From: Candidatus Latescibacterota bacterium
Lineage (GTDB): Bacteria > Latescibacterota > UBA2968 > GCA-2709665
Direction: 5' to 3'
Assembly (NCBI GenBank): GCA_963662665.2
Contig: CAXXJS010000004.1
Coordinates: forward strand, 1-33,119
Length of the DNA: 33,119 nt
Made by a program: the position numbers and the translations under genes
Part shown: one piece after another, positions 1 to 9,147 of the stretch
Position numbering within the stretch: the first letter of the stretch is position 1
Layout: every line of letters begins with the position of its first letter
Notes under the pieces: model-generated
Seen by the model: only the letters and a program-made list of their open reading frames with translations
What the model was told of the DNA's origin: nothing
The model's database searches: none

Positions 1-1
1 C

Positions 2-160
2 AGCCTGGACAGGGCGCTGGCTTCTGAAGTCGGCGACCTGCTCTTCGAGTTGCATGCCCGGGAGGAAACGATCCTGATCGGGGTCACGCACAGCCTGGAG
101 ATGGCCGCCCGGTTTGAGCGCCGGCTCGAGTTGCGGGAGGGAACGTGCGTGGAAGTCTGA
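2..160 (+). CDS. ABC transporter ATP-binding protein (LolD/MacB-like), C-terminal end; partial at window edge
   Basis: Manual frame-2 translation SLDRALASEVGDLLFELHAREETILIGVTHSLEMAARFERRLELREGTCVEV* shows a D-loop remnant (SLD) and H-loop (VTH). Overlaps the start of the permease gene. Confidence 0.85.
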   Translation, partial: SLDRALASEVGDLLFELHAREETILIGVTHSLEMAARFERRLELREGTCVEV

Positions 161-3100
161 CCTTTTTCTGGCGGATCCATCTGTTCGTGATGCTCGGTGT
201 GGCCGTGGCCACCGCCGTGCTCACCGGGGCCCTGCTCGTGGGCGATTCGGTCCGCGACAGCCTGCGCGACCTGACCCTCGACAGGCTGGGCGAAATCGAA
301 CACGCGCTCGTTTCGGAACGTTTCTTTCGCGAGGGTCTCGCACGGGATATCGAGGCGGCGGGGGATGGATCGACGGTTGTGCCGGCGGTGACCCTCGCCG
401 GATCGGCGGTGCATCCGAAAGGCGGGGCGCGGGCCTCCCGCGTTACGATTCTGGGTGTCGACTCCAGGTTCGGGGGTTTGTTCCATGCCCACGTGCCCGA
501 CCTCGCCCGCCGCGAGGCGGCGACGCCATTTGTCGCAAATGAGTCCCTGAGGAAAGAGCTGAACGCGCGCGTGGGCGACGCAATCCTGCTTTCGTTTGAA
601 CCTCCGGGTGAAATCCACCGGGAATCGCTGTTCGGGCGAGAAGAGGTCTCGGAATCGATACAGACCGTACGCGTGCGACTCGCGGCTGTCCTGCCGGACG
701 GGGGGATGGGTCGTTTCGGTTTGCGCGTGCGGCAGGACGTGCCGCTCAATGCGTTTGTGTCGCTGCCGGTATTGCAGGAAACGCTGGGTTTGCCGGGACG
801 GGTGAATATGCTCCTGGCAACGAAGGGGACGCGGGAGGCGGGCGGTCCGGCGCCGGCGCTTTCCCTGGCCGCAACGCTGGACGATCTGGGACTTTCAATG
901 CGGGTGGAAGCCGGTCATCTCGCGGTTGAAAGCACACAGTACTTTCTGAAACCCCACGTGGCGGATACGGTCTTGGGCCTCGCGGACGACCGGGGAATGC
1001 CAGGGCTGGCGATACTCACCTATCTGGCCAATACGATCCAGGTAGGGGATCGGGCGGTGCCCTATTCGACAATCGCCGCGATGGACGTGGGGCGACTCGG
1101 AACCCTGCAACTGACGGACGGGCGCCGGGCGCCGGTTCCCGGTGACGGGGAAGTGTTGCTGAATGCGTGGGCGGCGAGCGACCTTGACGCCGATACCGGC
1201 GACGACGTCGAGGTGGTTTATTTCGAAGTCGGGCCGAAGGAAGCGTTGAACGCGCGCCGCGTCACGTTAACGCTGGCTGGTGTCGTGACCATGGAAGGCC
1301 TGGGCGCCGATTCCCTGTTGACACCTGAATTTCCGGGCCTTCACGACGCGGAAGATATGCACGCCTGGGACCCGCCCTTTCCGGTGGATCTGAAACGTAT
1401 ACGGCCCGTTGACGAAGCCTATTGGGACGCCTACCGCGCCGCGCCCAGGGCCTTCGTGTCGGCGGCGACGGGCCAACGTCTGTGGCGGAGTCGATTCGGC
1501 AGTCTGACGTCCATTCGGATTGGAACGCTGCCCGAAGAAGGTATCAACCGATCCGCCGAACGCTTTCGGGCGGGGCTTCGTGAGGCGATCTCGCCCGAAT
1601 CCGCGGGGCTGGTATTTCAGCCGGTAAGGAAACAGGGTCTGGCCGCTGCTTCGGGCTCTACGGATTTCAGCTGGCTGTTCATCGGATTCAGCCTTTTTCT
1701 GATTGTTTCGGCGGCGCTGCTCGTGGGTCTCCTCTTCCGGCTCGGCGTGGAACAGCGCGCCGACGAGGTGGGTGTGTTGTTGGCTGCGGGCTTCCCGCCG
1801 AAGGCAATCAGAAGCCGGTTCATGGGTGAAGCGATCCGGCTGGCGGGCCTGGGGGGGCTGGCGGGGCTTGCGGGAGGCGTTGCGTACGGATGGATTATGA
1901 TTGCCGGGCTGCGGACCTGGTGGGTCCCTGCCGTTGGGACCACGGAACTCTCTTTGCATGTGAGCGGATTCAGTCTGGTGGCGGGATACATGATTTCACA
2001 GCTTGTGGTTCTGTTAACGATCCGGTTGACGGTCCGGCGATTGGGACGCCTGCCCGTACGCGCGTTGCTGTCGGGGACCGTTTACGAGGACTCCATTGTC
2101 AGCAGGCGGCGTACCGGAGCGTATGCCATTGCCGGCCTGAGCCTGGCAGCGGCCTGCCTGGCCGGCGCGGCGTACGCGGGGCGCGAGGCGTCGATGGCGC
2201 TGTTTTTCGGATGCGGTGCGTTCCTGCTGGTTTCGGGTCTGGCCCTGCTCTCCATGTGGTTTCACGCCAAAGGACACGCGGCGGCACGGGGAATCTGGCG
2301 TATGGGCGTGCGGAATTGCGCTCGGAATCCGGGACGGAGCCTGCTTTGCGCGTCATTGATCGCGAGCGCCTGCTTTGTGGTTGTGGCGGTTGGCGCCCAT
2401 CGCCGCGGTGACGTCACGGGGGATGCGTTGTCCGGTCGGTTGTCGGGTGGTGGAGGATTTCAGCTCGTCGCCGAGACGGATGCGCCGATCTATCACGATC
2501 TCAACTCGGAAGACGGACGTTTCGAGCTCGGATTTTCCGACGAAGATGCGGGTGTACTGGACCGGGCGCGGATTGTGCCGTTCCGGCTGCTGCCCGGGGA
2601 AGACGTGAGTTGTCTGAATCTTTACCGGCCCGGCAATCCCCGCGTTCTGGGTGTGCCGGAAACGATGATTCAGCGGCGAGGATTTCAGTTTGAACGGCTG
2701 TTGGATGAAACGGAAGATCCGTGGTCCTTATTGACGCGGCGCGTGGAGACCGACGTGATTCCCGCATTCGGCGACGCAAACTCGGTCACCTGGATCCTGC
2801 ACAAGAAACTGGGCGATGAAATCCCTGTGCGAACGGGCACTGGCGAGACCGTCAGGCTGCGGCTCGTGGGCCTGCTGAAGGACAGTGTTTTCCAGAGTGA
2901 ATTGCTGATATCGGAGCAGAATTTCACCGCATATTTCCCGGACGTGGGCGGCTATCGCTATTTTCTGGTCGAGACAGAACGGCCGGGAGAAGTGAGCGCC
3001 CTCCTGGAGCGGCGGTTGCAGGACGCCGGTCTGGATGCGGCGTCGACGGCCGCGAGGCTGGACCGTTTCCGGACGGTGGAGAATACGTACCTGTCCACGT

Positions 3101-3465
3101 TTCAGACGCTTGGCGGGCTGGGGGTGCTCCTGGGCACGTTCGGTCTTGGGATTGTGATGGTGCGTAACGTCGTCGAACGCCGGGCTGAACTCGCGGCGTT
3201 GCGGGCGATGGGATTTCGCAGGTCTCTGGTGTCCGTTCTCCTCGCTGTGGAGAACGGATTTCTGATGTCAGCGGGCCTTGTTATCGGCGGGTTGTCCGCG
3301 GTGGTTACCACCGTGCCCCATTCTACGGTTGGCGAACTGCCATTGGCGTCGCTGCTGACAACGCTCGGCACAATCTTCGGCGCGGGCCTGGCCGCGGGCG
3401 CCGCCGGGATCTTTGTTGCGCTCAGGACCCCGCTATTGCCCGCGTTGAAGCGGGAAGGCGCGTGA
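145..3465 (+). CDS. Large ABC transporter permease, FtsX/MacB-like, tandem-duplicated (1106 aa)
   Basis: N-terminal TM 'LGVAVATAVLTGALLVGDS'; two FtsX-type signatures (EQRADEVGVLLAAGF, ERRAELAALRAMGF); large periplasmic domains; follows the ABC ATPase. Confidence 0.9.
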   Translation: MRGSLTFFWRIHLFVMLGVAVATAVLTGALLVGDSVRDSLRDLTLDRLGEIEHALVSERFFREGLARDIEAAGDGSTVVPAVTLAGSAVHPKGGARASRVTILGVDSRFGGLFHAHVPDLARREAATPFVANESLRKELNARVGDAILLSFEPPGEIHRESLFGREEVSESIQTVRVRLAAVLPDGGMGRFGLRVRQDVPLNAFVSLPVLQETLGLPGRVNMLLATKGTREAGGPAPALSLAATLDDLGLSMRVEAGHLAVESTQYFLKPHVADTVLGLADDRGMPGLAILTYLANTIQVGDRAVPYSTIAAMDVGRLGTLQLTDGRRAPVPGDGEVLLNAWAASDLDADTGDDVEVVYFEVGPKEALNARRVTLTLAGVVTMEGLGADSLLTPEFPGLHDAEDMHAWDPPFPVDLKRIRPVDEAYWDAYRAAPRAFVSAATGQRLWRSRFGSLTSIRIGTLPEEGINRSAERFRAGLREAISPESAGLVFQPVRKQGLAAASGSTDFSWLFIGFSLFLIVSAALLVGLLFRLGVEQRADEVGVLLAAGFPPKAIRSRFMGEAIRLAGLGGLAGLAGGVAYGWIMIAGLRTWWVPAVGTTELSLHVSGFSLVAGYMISQLVVLLTIRLTVRRLGRLPVRALLSGTVYEDSIVSRRRTGAYAIAGLSLAAACLAGAAYAGREASMALFFGCGAFLLVSGLALLSMWFHAKGHAAARGIWRMGVRNCARNPGRSLLCASLIASACFVVVAVGAHRRGDVTGDALSGRLSGGGGFQLVAETDAPIYHDLNSEDGRFELGFSDEDAGVLDRARIVPFRLLPGEDVSCLNLYRPGNPRVLGVPETMIQRRGFQFERLLDETEDPWSLLTRRVETDVIPAFGDANSVTWILHKKLGDEIPVRTGTGETVRLRLVGLLKDSVFQSELLISEQNFTAYFPDVGGYRYFLVETERPGEVSALLERRLQDAGLDAASTAARLDRFRTVENTYLSTFQTLGGLGVLLGTFGLGIVMVRNVVERRAELAALRAMGFRRSLVSVLLAVENGFLMSAGLVIGGLSAVVTTVPHSTVGELPLASLLTTLGTIFGAGLAAGAAGIFVALRTPLLPALKREGA

Positions 3466-3550
3466 CAGCCGCTGGTTGTGTCCTGTCTCGGAAGACGATC
3501 GCCGTAATTTGGACGTCACGTCGGCCGCCTGGAAGAACGACCACGGCCTG

Positions 3551-3690
3551 AGTCGCTCCCTGAGCCTGTCGAAGGGTCGGCGAAGGGCGTTGAGGAGCGC
3601 TAAGCTAGTTGGAAAACGCGGGCATTTCGACAAGCCGTTTCGAGGGTCTCAGCACAGGCAGTGCAAGCACTTCGACATGTTCTCACCGCA
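3551..3690. repeat. REP-like intergenic element (CCCTGAGCCTGTCGAAGGG core plus degenerate inverted copies)
   Basis: Core at 3558-3576 recurs at 23139-23157 with one mismatch. Degenerate reverse-orientation copies (TTCGACAAGC, TTCGAGGGTCTCAG, CTTCGACATG) lie at about 3626-3685. Confidence 0.6.
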
Positions 3691-3857
3691 AGCGACGCAG
3701 TGAGACGGGATGTTGCGGCGGTCGAATGGAGGACTATTTCCGTGTCAGCCCGTCCAGCAACCGAAAAAGAAATTCAATTCCGGAATCGCAGGGCGTATCT
3801 TCAATGAAAGGCACGAAGTCGGAATTCACCGGTCGTACGTCGTGAGAGGAGCGCGTT

Positions 3858-5159
3858 ATGTATCGATTATCTCTGGCCGTGACAGTTTTCTGCCTGTTGG
3901 TTGCTACCGGACCGGCGGCGTCGGATTGGCCGCATTGGCGCGGCCCCAACCAGAACGGGGTGGTCCATCGCGGGGATCCTCCCCTGGAGTGGAGCGAGGG
4001 GAAGAATATCAGGTGGAAGGTGCCAATCCCCGGTCACGGCCACGCGACCCCGATTGTCTGGGGGGATCGGATTTTTGTGCAGACGGCAATCCCCACCGAT
4101 AGCATTGTGGAAAGCGATGGCCGGGGAAGGCGCGCCGCACCGCCGATTGTGTTCAAGTATGTCGTGATGGCGCTTGACGGCAGAAGCGGGAAAACGGTTT
4201 GGGAAAAGGCGGTTCGCGAGGCCCGTCCTCACGAAGGGATGCACCGGACGGCTTCGTTCGCGTCGAACTCCGGAATAACCGACGGCGAGCACCTGTACGC
4301 CTATTTCGGTTCACAGGGCCTGTACTGTCTGGATTTGGACGGCAATTTGAAATGGGAGAAAGACCTTGGAAAATACTGGAGCCGGAACGCCTTTGGCGAG
4401 GGCGCGTCGCCGGCGATTTACGGCAACACCCTGGTGATCAACTGGGACCACGAAGGAGACTCGTTCATTGTTGCTCTGGAAAAGAAAACAGGCAGGGAAC
4501 TGTGGCGCAAAGACCGGGACGAGGTTACGTCCTGGTCCTCGCCCCTGCCCCTCGAGCACAAGGGCAGACGTCAGGTTATCGTGAGCGCGTCGAGTCGCAC
4601 CCGGAGTTACGACCTGAAGACCGGGGCTCTGATCTGGGAATGCGGCGGATTGGGGTCGAACGTGATTCCGACCCCCGTACACGCGGAAGGCGTAGTCTAC
4701 GTGGCCAGCGGGCACGGGAGCCCGGCAATGCAGGCCATATCGCTGGATCGCGCGAAGGGGGATATTTCCGGGTCGGATTCGGTGCTCTGGGCGATTTATC
4801 GGGATACTCCCTACGTGTCGTCACCGCTGTTGTATGGAGACAGGATCTATTTCCTTAAGAATCGGCGAGCGATTTTGTCGTGTTACAACGCCAGGACAGG
4901 GGAGCCGATTTACGGTCCGAAACGCCTGGACGGGATCGGCAACGTCTACGCGTCGCTTGTCGGCGTGAAAGATCGAATCTATATAACCGATCTGGATGGC
5001 AATACCCTCGTGCTTAAAGACAGTCCGGAATTCGAGGCGCTGGCGATAAACACCCTGGATGAAGGCATCGCCGCGTCACCTGTGGTTGTGGACGACGCAC
5101 TATATTTGAGGGGACGCAGACATCTCTATTGTATTGCTGAAGACGGCGGGGACCGGTAG
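3858..5159 (+). CDS. Secreted PQQ-binding-like (BamB-like) beta-propeller protein
   Basis: Signal peptide, 'DWPHWRGP' N-terminal motif, repeated 'ALDxxTG.xW' blades, SSP motifs; RBS AGGAG upstream. Confidence 0.9.
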   Translation: MYRLSLAVTVFCLLVATGPAASDWPHWRGPNQNGVVHRGDPPLEWSEGKNIRWKVPIPGHGHATPIVWGDRIFVQTAIPTDSIVESDGRGRRAAPPIVFKYVVMALDGRSGKTVWEKAVREARPHEGMHRTASFASNSGITDGEHLYAYFGSQGLYCLDLDGNLKWEKDLGKYWSRNAFGEGASPAIYGNTLVINWDHEGDSFIVALEKKTGRELWRKDRDEVTSWSSPLPLEHKGRRQVIVSASSRTRSYDLKTGALIWECGGLGSNVIPTPVHAEGVVYVASGHGSPAMQAISLDRAKGDISGSDSVLWAIYRDTPYVSSPLLYGDRIYFLKNRRAILSCYNARTGEPIYGPKRLDGIGNVYASLVGVKDRIYITDLDGNTLVLKDSPEFEALAINTLDEGIAASPVVVDDALYLRGRRHLYCIAEDGGDR

Positions 5160-5196
5160 TACCGGAAACCGGACCGGAACGGAGAGAGGAGTTTCG

Positions 5197-6195
5197 ATGA
5201 AGCGGCAAGCGGGCATCGATCGGTTTGTTTCTGTAGTCATCATAATATTGCTGGGTGCGGTTGGCTGTGAGGCGCCGGACAGTGAACGGGAGTCGTCCGA
5301 ACCCGCCCGCCGGTTCCTGAGTGTTGGTACCGCTCCACCCGGGGGCGCGTTTTTCGTTGTCGGCGGGGCAATCGCCCAGGTTGTGGACGATCACGGTGGC
5401 GCCCTGTCCTGGGACGTGACCGCGGAGGCAACAAAGGGGACGCAGGAAAATATCCGCCGGCTCGTACGCGGCGAACTGGATTTCGCGCTGGCCAACGCCG
5501 CGATCTCGTATTTTGCGGTGCGGGGCCAGGGCGCCTGGGGTGAAAAGCAGGAAATCAGCGCCGTGATGACGCTGGCGCCGAATATCGCCCTCTTCGTTAC
5601 GCCGCAGGGATCGGGACTCCGAAACATCGGCGATCTGAAGGGCAAAAGGGTGGTCGTTGGCCCCGCCGGAGCCGGATTCGAGTATTTCCTTGAGCCGATC
5701 CTGAAGGCTCACGGTGTCACCTACGAGGATTTCAGCCCGCTGCACAATACGCAGGCGGGGGCCGTGGATATGCTTGCGGACGGATCCGCCGCCGCCGCGT
5801 TTCTCGGCGGCGCCGTGCCCACAGCCTCCATAACCCAGGCGAGCGCTTCCCGGAACATCCGTTTTATACCCTTCGGCGCCGCTGAGAAAGAGCGCTTGTT
5901 TCAGGACTTTCCCTTCTTCAATGCGGCGACCATTCCGGCGGAAACCTATCGCGGCCAGGCCGAAGCTTTTGAGGGGATGAACGTGGGTTCGATGCATCTG
6001 GTGACGCGGGCCAGCCTGGACGAAGAAACCGTCTACCGGTTTACAAGGATCCTTTACGAGAACCGCGCGGAGGTGGTCAGGAAACATCCGGCGGGCAAAG
6101 CCATCCATCCGCGGAACGTGATTAGGAATACGGGCACGCCCTTCCATAAGGGTGCGGTCAGGTATTACAGGGAAATCGGGATCTGGCCCAACTGA
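5197..6195 (+). CDS. TAXI family TRAP transporter solute-binding lipoprotein
   Basis: Start MKRQ after AGGAG; lipobox-like AVGC; motifs 'GTAPPGGAFF', 'ATKGTQEN', 'PFHKGAVRYYRE'. Confidence 0.9.
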   Translation: MKRQAGIDRFVSVVIIILLGAVGCEAPDSERESSEPARRFLSVGTAPPGGAFFVVGGAIAQVVDDHGGALSWDVTAEATKGTQENIRRLVRGELDFALANAAISYFAVRGQGAWGEKQEISAVMTLAPNIALFVTPQGSGLRNIGDLKGKRVVVGPAGAGFEYFLEPILKAHGVTYEDFSPLHNTQAGAVDMLADGSAAAAFLGGAVPTASITQASASRNIRFIPFGAAEKERLFQDFPFFNAATIPAETYRGQAEAFEGMNVGSMHLVTRASLDEETVYRFTRILYENRAEVVRKHPAGKAIHPRNVIRNTGTPFHKGAVRYYREIGIWPN

Positions 6196-6196
6196 T

Positions 6197-8128
6197 ATGC
6201 TCGAGTCAAGGCTCTTTCGCGTCCTGGCGGCCCTTCTGGCTATTGTTGTCCTTGCTGAGGTCAACTATCCAGGATTGACGCCTCAAGCCCAACTGGCGGT
6301 TTTTGCCATGTTGGGCTTGAGTCTTGTATTCCTGAAGCACCCGGTCTGCGCCGGCGCCGCCAGGAGAGCGCTTCTGCGAACGCTGGATTATCTCCTCGTT
6401 GCGGCGGTTGTCTTCTGTTTCGGCTACGTGCTGGTTCAGACCGAACCGGTCTTCAGGAACTACTGGCTTGAAGGGCGCAGCCTCGGTAACCGCGCGGGGC
6501 TTGAGCAGCCGCTGGATTGGACCGTCGGTCTGGTTGGCCTCATCCTCGTTCTGGAGGCGACGCGCCGGGCGATTGGCCCGACTCTTCCGCTACTTGCCCT
6601 CGCGTTCCTGGGCTATGCCGCGTTCGGACACGCGATGCCGGACTGGCTGTTCCCGCACAGGGGATACGGCTGGGAGCGCATCGTATCCCAGACTTTTCTG
6701 CATTCCCAGGGTGTCTTCGGTATCGCGCTGAAGGTGATGTTCACTTACGTGTTTCTCTTCGTTCTGTTCGGCGCGACGCTGGAAGGGACCGGTGCGACCG
6801 GGTACGTGCTGGATGCCGCGCGACGGTTCTTTCGAAGGCGCACGGGGGGATCCGCCAAGGTTGCCGTGGTGTCATCCGGGATGATGGGTTCTCTATCCGG
6901 AAGCGCGGTTGCGAATACGGCCACGACGGGCACGTTCACGATCCCGATGATGCGTTCGGCCGGATTCCAACCCGTGGTTGCCGGGGGGATCGAGGCGGCT
7001 GCCAGTTCGGGCGGTGCGCTGGTGCCGCCCATAATGGGTGCCGGCGCCTATATGATGCTGGAAATGGTGGAGCCGTCGGTAACCTATCTGGAGATCATCA
7101 GAGCCGCCCTCATCCCGGCCGTGTTCTACTATACCGCGCTTCTGCTGATCGTTCACTTCTACGCAAAGCGCATCCGGGTGGCCGCGGGGAATGAAGCACC
7201 CTCGCGCCGTCCGCCGGGAGCTCAGGGGATTGTCTTCCTCGCTGCGCTTGTGAGTCTGATTCTGCTGATCGTCATCGGCTATACGCCGTTTCGGGCGGTC
7301 AGTATCGCCCTGGTCTGCATGCTCCTGGCGGCCGCATTGAACCCGGCTACGCGTACGGGGCCTCGTGCATTGTTACGTGCGGTGGCAAGCGCGGCCCACG
7401 GCGGCGTGTCCTTAATCGCGGCCGCCTCCTGTGTGGGAATCATCATCGGGGTGGTAACGCTGACGGGTATCGGCGCCAAGCTGCCCGGCGCCATTCTACC
7501 GCTGGCGCAGAACAACCTGGTCCTTGCGCTGATACTGCTGATGGTTTCCACCATCATCCTGGGGATGGGTCTGCCATCGGCCGTTTGCTATCTCCTGATG
7601 GCCACCCTTGTCGGCCCCGTTCTGGGCGAATTGGGCGTGGCGCCCCTGGCGGCGCACATGTTCATCTTCTATTTCGGGATGATGTCGATGGTAACGCCGC
7701 CCGTGGCGCTGGCCGCATACACCGCCGCCGCAATTGCAAAGGCGGACATCATGCGGACGGGCGTTGCCGCGTTCCGTTTTGCCCTCGTCGGCTTTGCCCT
7801 TCCCTACGCTTTCGTTCTGCATCCCGAGTTGCTTCTGGTTTCGCCCGATCTTTCGTCCACGTTGATTAACGTTCTTGTTGTGTTTCTGGGGATTTTTCCT
7901 CTGGCGACCTCCATCTCCGGCCATGGCTTCGCTCCGCTGAACGCGTGGCAGCGCGCCCTTCTGCTGGTTGCGGCGCTTGCCCTCTTTCTCACCCCTTCCG
8001 GAGGTACGCGTGTCTGGATTCAGGGATTCGCGCTGCTGTTTACCGGGATCATCGCTTATCTGAACTGGCGGTCCGCCCGTACCGCGCCCCTTTCATCGCA
8101 CAATTGCGCTGATCCGCCTGACCGGTGA
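6197..8128 (+). CDS. TRAP transporter fused 4TM/12TM permease
   Basis: Motifs 'SGSAVANTATTGTFTIPMM', 'PPIMGAGAY', 'ILGMGLP', 'TPPVALAAY'; ATG 1 nt after the TAXI stop. Confidence 0.92.
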   Translation: MLESRLFRVLAALLAIVVLAEVNYPGLTPQAQLAVFAMLGLSLVFLKHPVCAGAARRALLRTLDYLLVAAVVFCFGYVLVQTEPVFRNYWLEGRSLGNRAGLEQPLDWTVGLVGLILVLEATRRAIGPTLPLLALAFLGYAAFGHAMPDWLFPHRGYGWERIVSQTFLHSQGVFGIALKVMFTYVFLFVLFGATLEGTGATGYVLDAARRFFRRRTGGSAKVAVVSSGMMGSLSGSAVANTATTGTFTIPMMRSAGFQPVVAGGIEAAASSGGALVPPIMGAGAYMMLEMVEPSVTYLEIIRAALIPAVFYYTALLLIVHFYAKRIRVAAGNEAPSRRPPGAQGIVFLAALVSLILLIVIGYTPFRAVSIALVCMLLAAALNPATRTGPRALLRAVASAAHGGVSLIAAASCVGIIIGVVTLTGIGAKLPGAILPLAQNNLVLALILLMVSTIILGMGLPSAVCYLLMATLVGPVLGELGVAPLAAHMFIFYFGMMSMVTPPVALAAYTAAAIAKADIMRTGVAAFRFALVGFALPYAFVLHPELLLVSPDLSSTLINVLVVFLGIFPLATSISGHGFAPLNAWQRALLLVAALALFLTPSGGTRVWIQGFALLFTGIIAYLNWRSARTAPLSSHNCADPPDR

Positions 8129-8614
8129 TCGATACCCGGCAGCAGTCATCGATTTCAGGACTTCGTCTGCTTCCTGGCCGGACAATGTTCCATCCAGAAC
8201 ACAGGCCTTCAGGATTCCGACGGTTCCGGTGACGTCGATACCGTAGTCGAAACAGCGGTTCCTCGCCGTCCGATCGTCCGTCACAACAACACCCCCGCGG
8301 GTAAGCGCGAGGGTTATGCACGACGCTTCTCCCGGCGACAGGGCCCTCAACAGGCCCCTGTAGGTGTCCCGCTCATCGGAATTGAAAGAACCGGCATCTC
8401 CGAATTCGCCGTTGGCAACAGCCTTTTCGACCTCGCGCAAGCGGGAATAACCCGCGACAATTCCATCAGCGACCTCGTCCAGAACCTGAGATGTGACATT
8501 TGCGCATCGACCGTATCGGGCGATGACCAGGTCGAGGCGGCCTGAAAGGGCGAAATTGCTCAGTGTAACCGTATCGAAAAAATAAGCACTGCCCGATTCA
8601 GGCACGGGGTGCAT
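8093..8614 (-). CDS. PIN-domain toxin (DUF3368/VapC-like)
   Basis: 'FFDTVTLSNF', 'VLDE', 'LSPGEASCI', 'VVTDDRTAR', 'GTVGIL' PIN motifs; overlaps the antitoxin stop (alternative GTG start at 8605). Confidence 0.85.
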   Translation of the reverse strand: MHPVPESGSAYFFDTVTLSNFALSGRLDLVIARYGRCANVTSQVLDEVADGIVAGYSRLREVEKAVANGEFGDAGSFNSDERDTYRGLLRALSPGEASCITLALTRGGVVVTDDRTARNRCFDYGIDVTGTVGILKACVLDGTLSGQEADEVLKSMTAAGYRSPVRRISAIVR

Positions 8615-8912
8615 CCTCATCGCCGTAGACGTTGCGCTGGGGGATGCCATGTTCTTCGAGCCACGATCTCAGACGCAATACGTGCATTCCCATTTCTCTG
8701 GCAAGCTTCCCGAGGCTGATAAACCCGCCCTCGTAGGCCGCGAGCGCCTGGCTCTGTCGAAGCGGCAACTCGGCCAATGCAGGCTGGTAGCATGCCGAAA
8801 TCGCTTCCCGTACAAGCTGTCCCCTGCTCTTCCGACGGATCTCCGCCAATCTTCTCAGCTTCTGGTCCGTCTCGCTGTCGATCTTGACGTGCAGCGTCCT
8901 GTCATTTGCCAT
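8598..8912 (-). CDS. Antitoxin, ribbon-helix-helix (CopG-like) fused to UPF0175-like HTH domain
   Basis: MANDRTLHVKIDSETDQKLRRLA..SRGQLVREAI (RHH) plus 'YEGGFISLGKLAREMGM' (UPF0175-like); GGAGG RBS. Confidence 0.82.
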   Translation of the reverse strand: MANDRTLHVKIDSETDQKLRRLAEIRRKSRGQLVREAISACYQPALAELPLRQSQALAAYEGGFISLGKLAREMGMHVLRLRSWLEEHGIPQRNVYGDEDAPRA

Positions 8913-8930
8913 ATTCGCCTCCCGAATAGG

Positions 8931-8970
8931 TGTTGTATTTTTTGTATAATTATACAAGTTTTTATACAAT
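8931..8970 (-). promoter_or_regulatory. Putative autoregulated TA promoter/operator
   Basis: Perfect 16-bp palindrome TTGTATAATTATACAA (8942-8957) containing TATAAT on both strands; extra TTGTAT/ATACAA half-sites at 8933-8938 and 8964-8969; AT-rich island directly upstream of the RHH gene. Confidence 0.7.
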
Positions 8971-9147
8971 ATAACAAGTCTAAGTATATAATCTATCGGG
9001 GAAGGCGAGAAATGGGTAACTGTCGGGGATTGTTAAGTCAATCCTCTCCCCTCTCCCAGTCTCTTTCTTTGTGTCTTCGTGTGAGTTGATTTTGAATTTC
9101 AGCTGACAGCTGACTGCGGGATGCGCCGCAGGCTGATGACGCGCCTT

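Noticed and set aside
3476-3845. Short ORFs 3476-3703 and 3609-3845 (also 23006-23368)
   Set aside because: Translations run through REP-like repeats; likely spurious.
5151-5182. Clustered ACCGG pentamers before the TAXI gene
   Set aside because: Too short and GC-rich to distinguish from chance.
5014-6264. 416-aa minus-strand ORF
   Set aside because: Antisense to the TAXI gene; no motifs.
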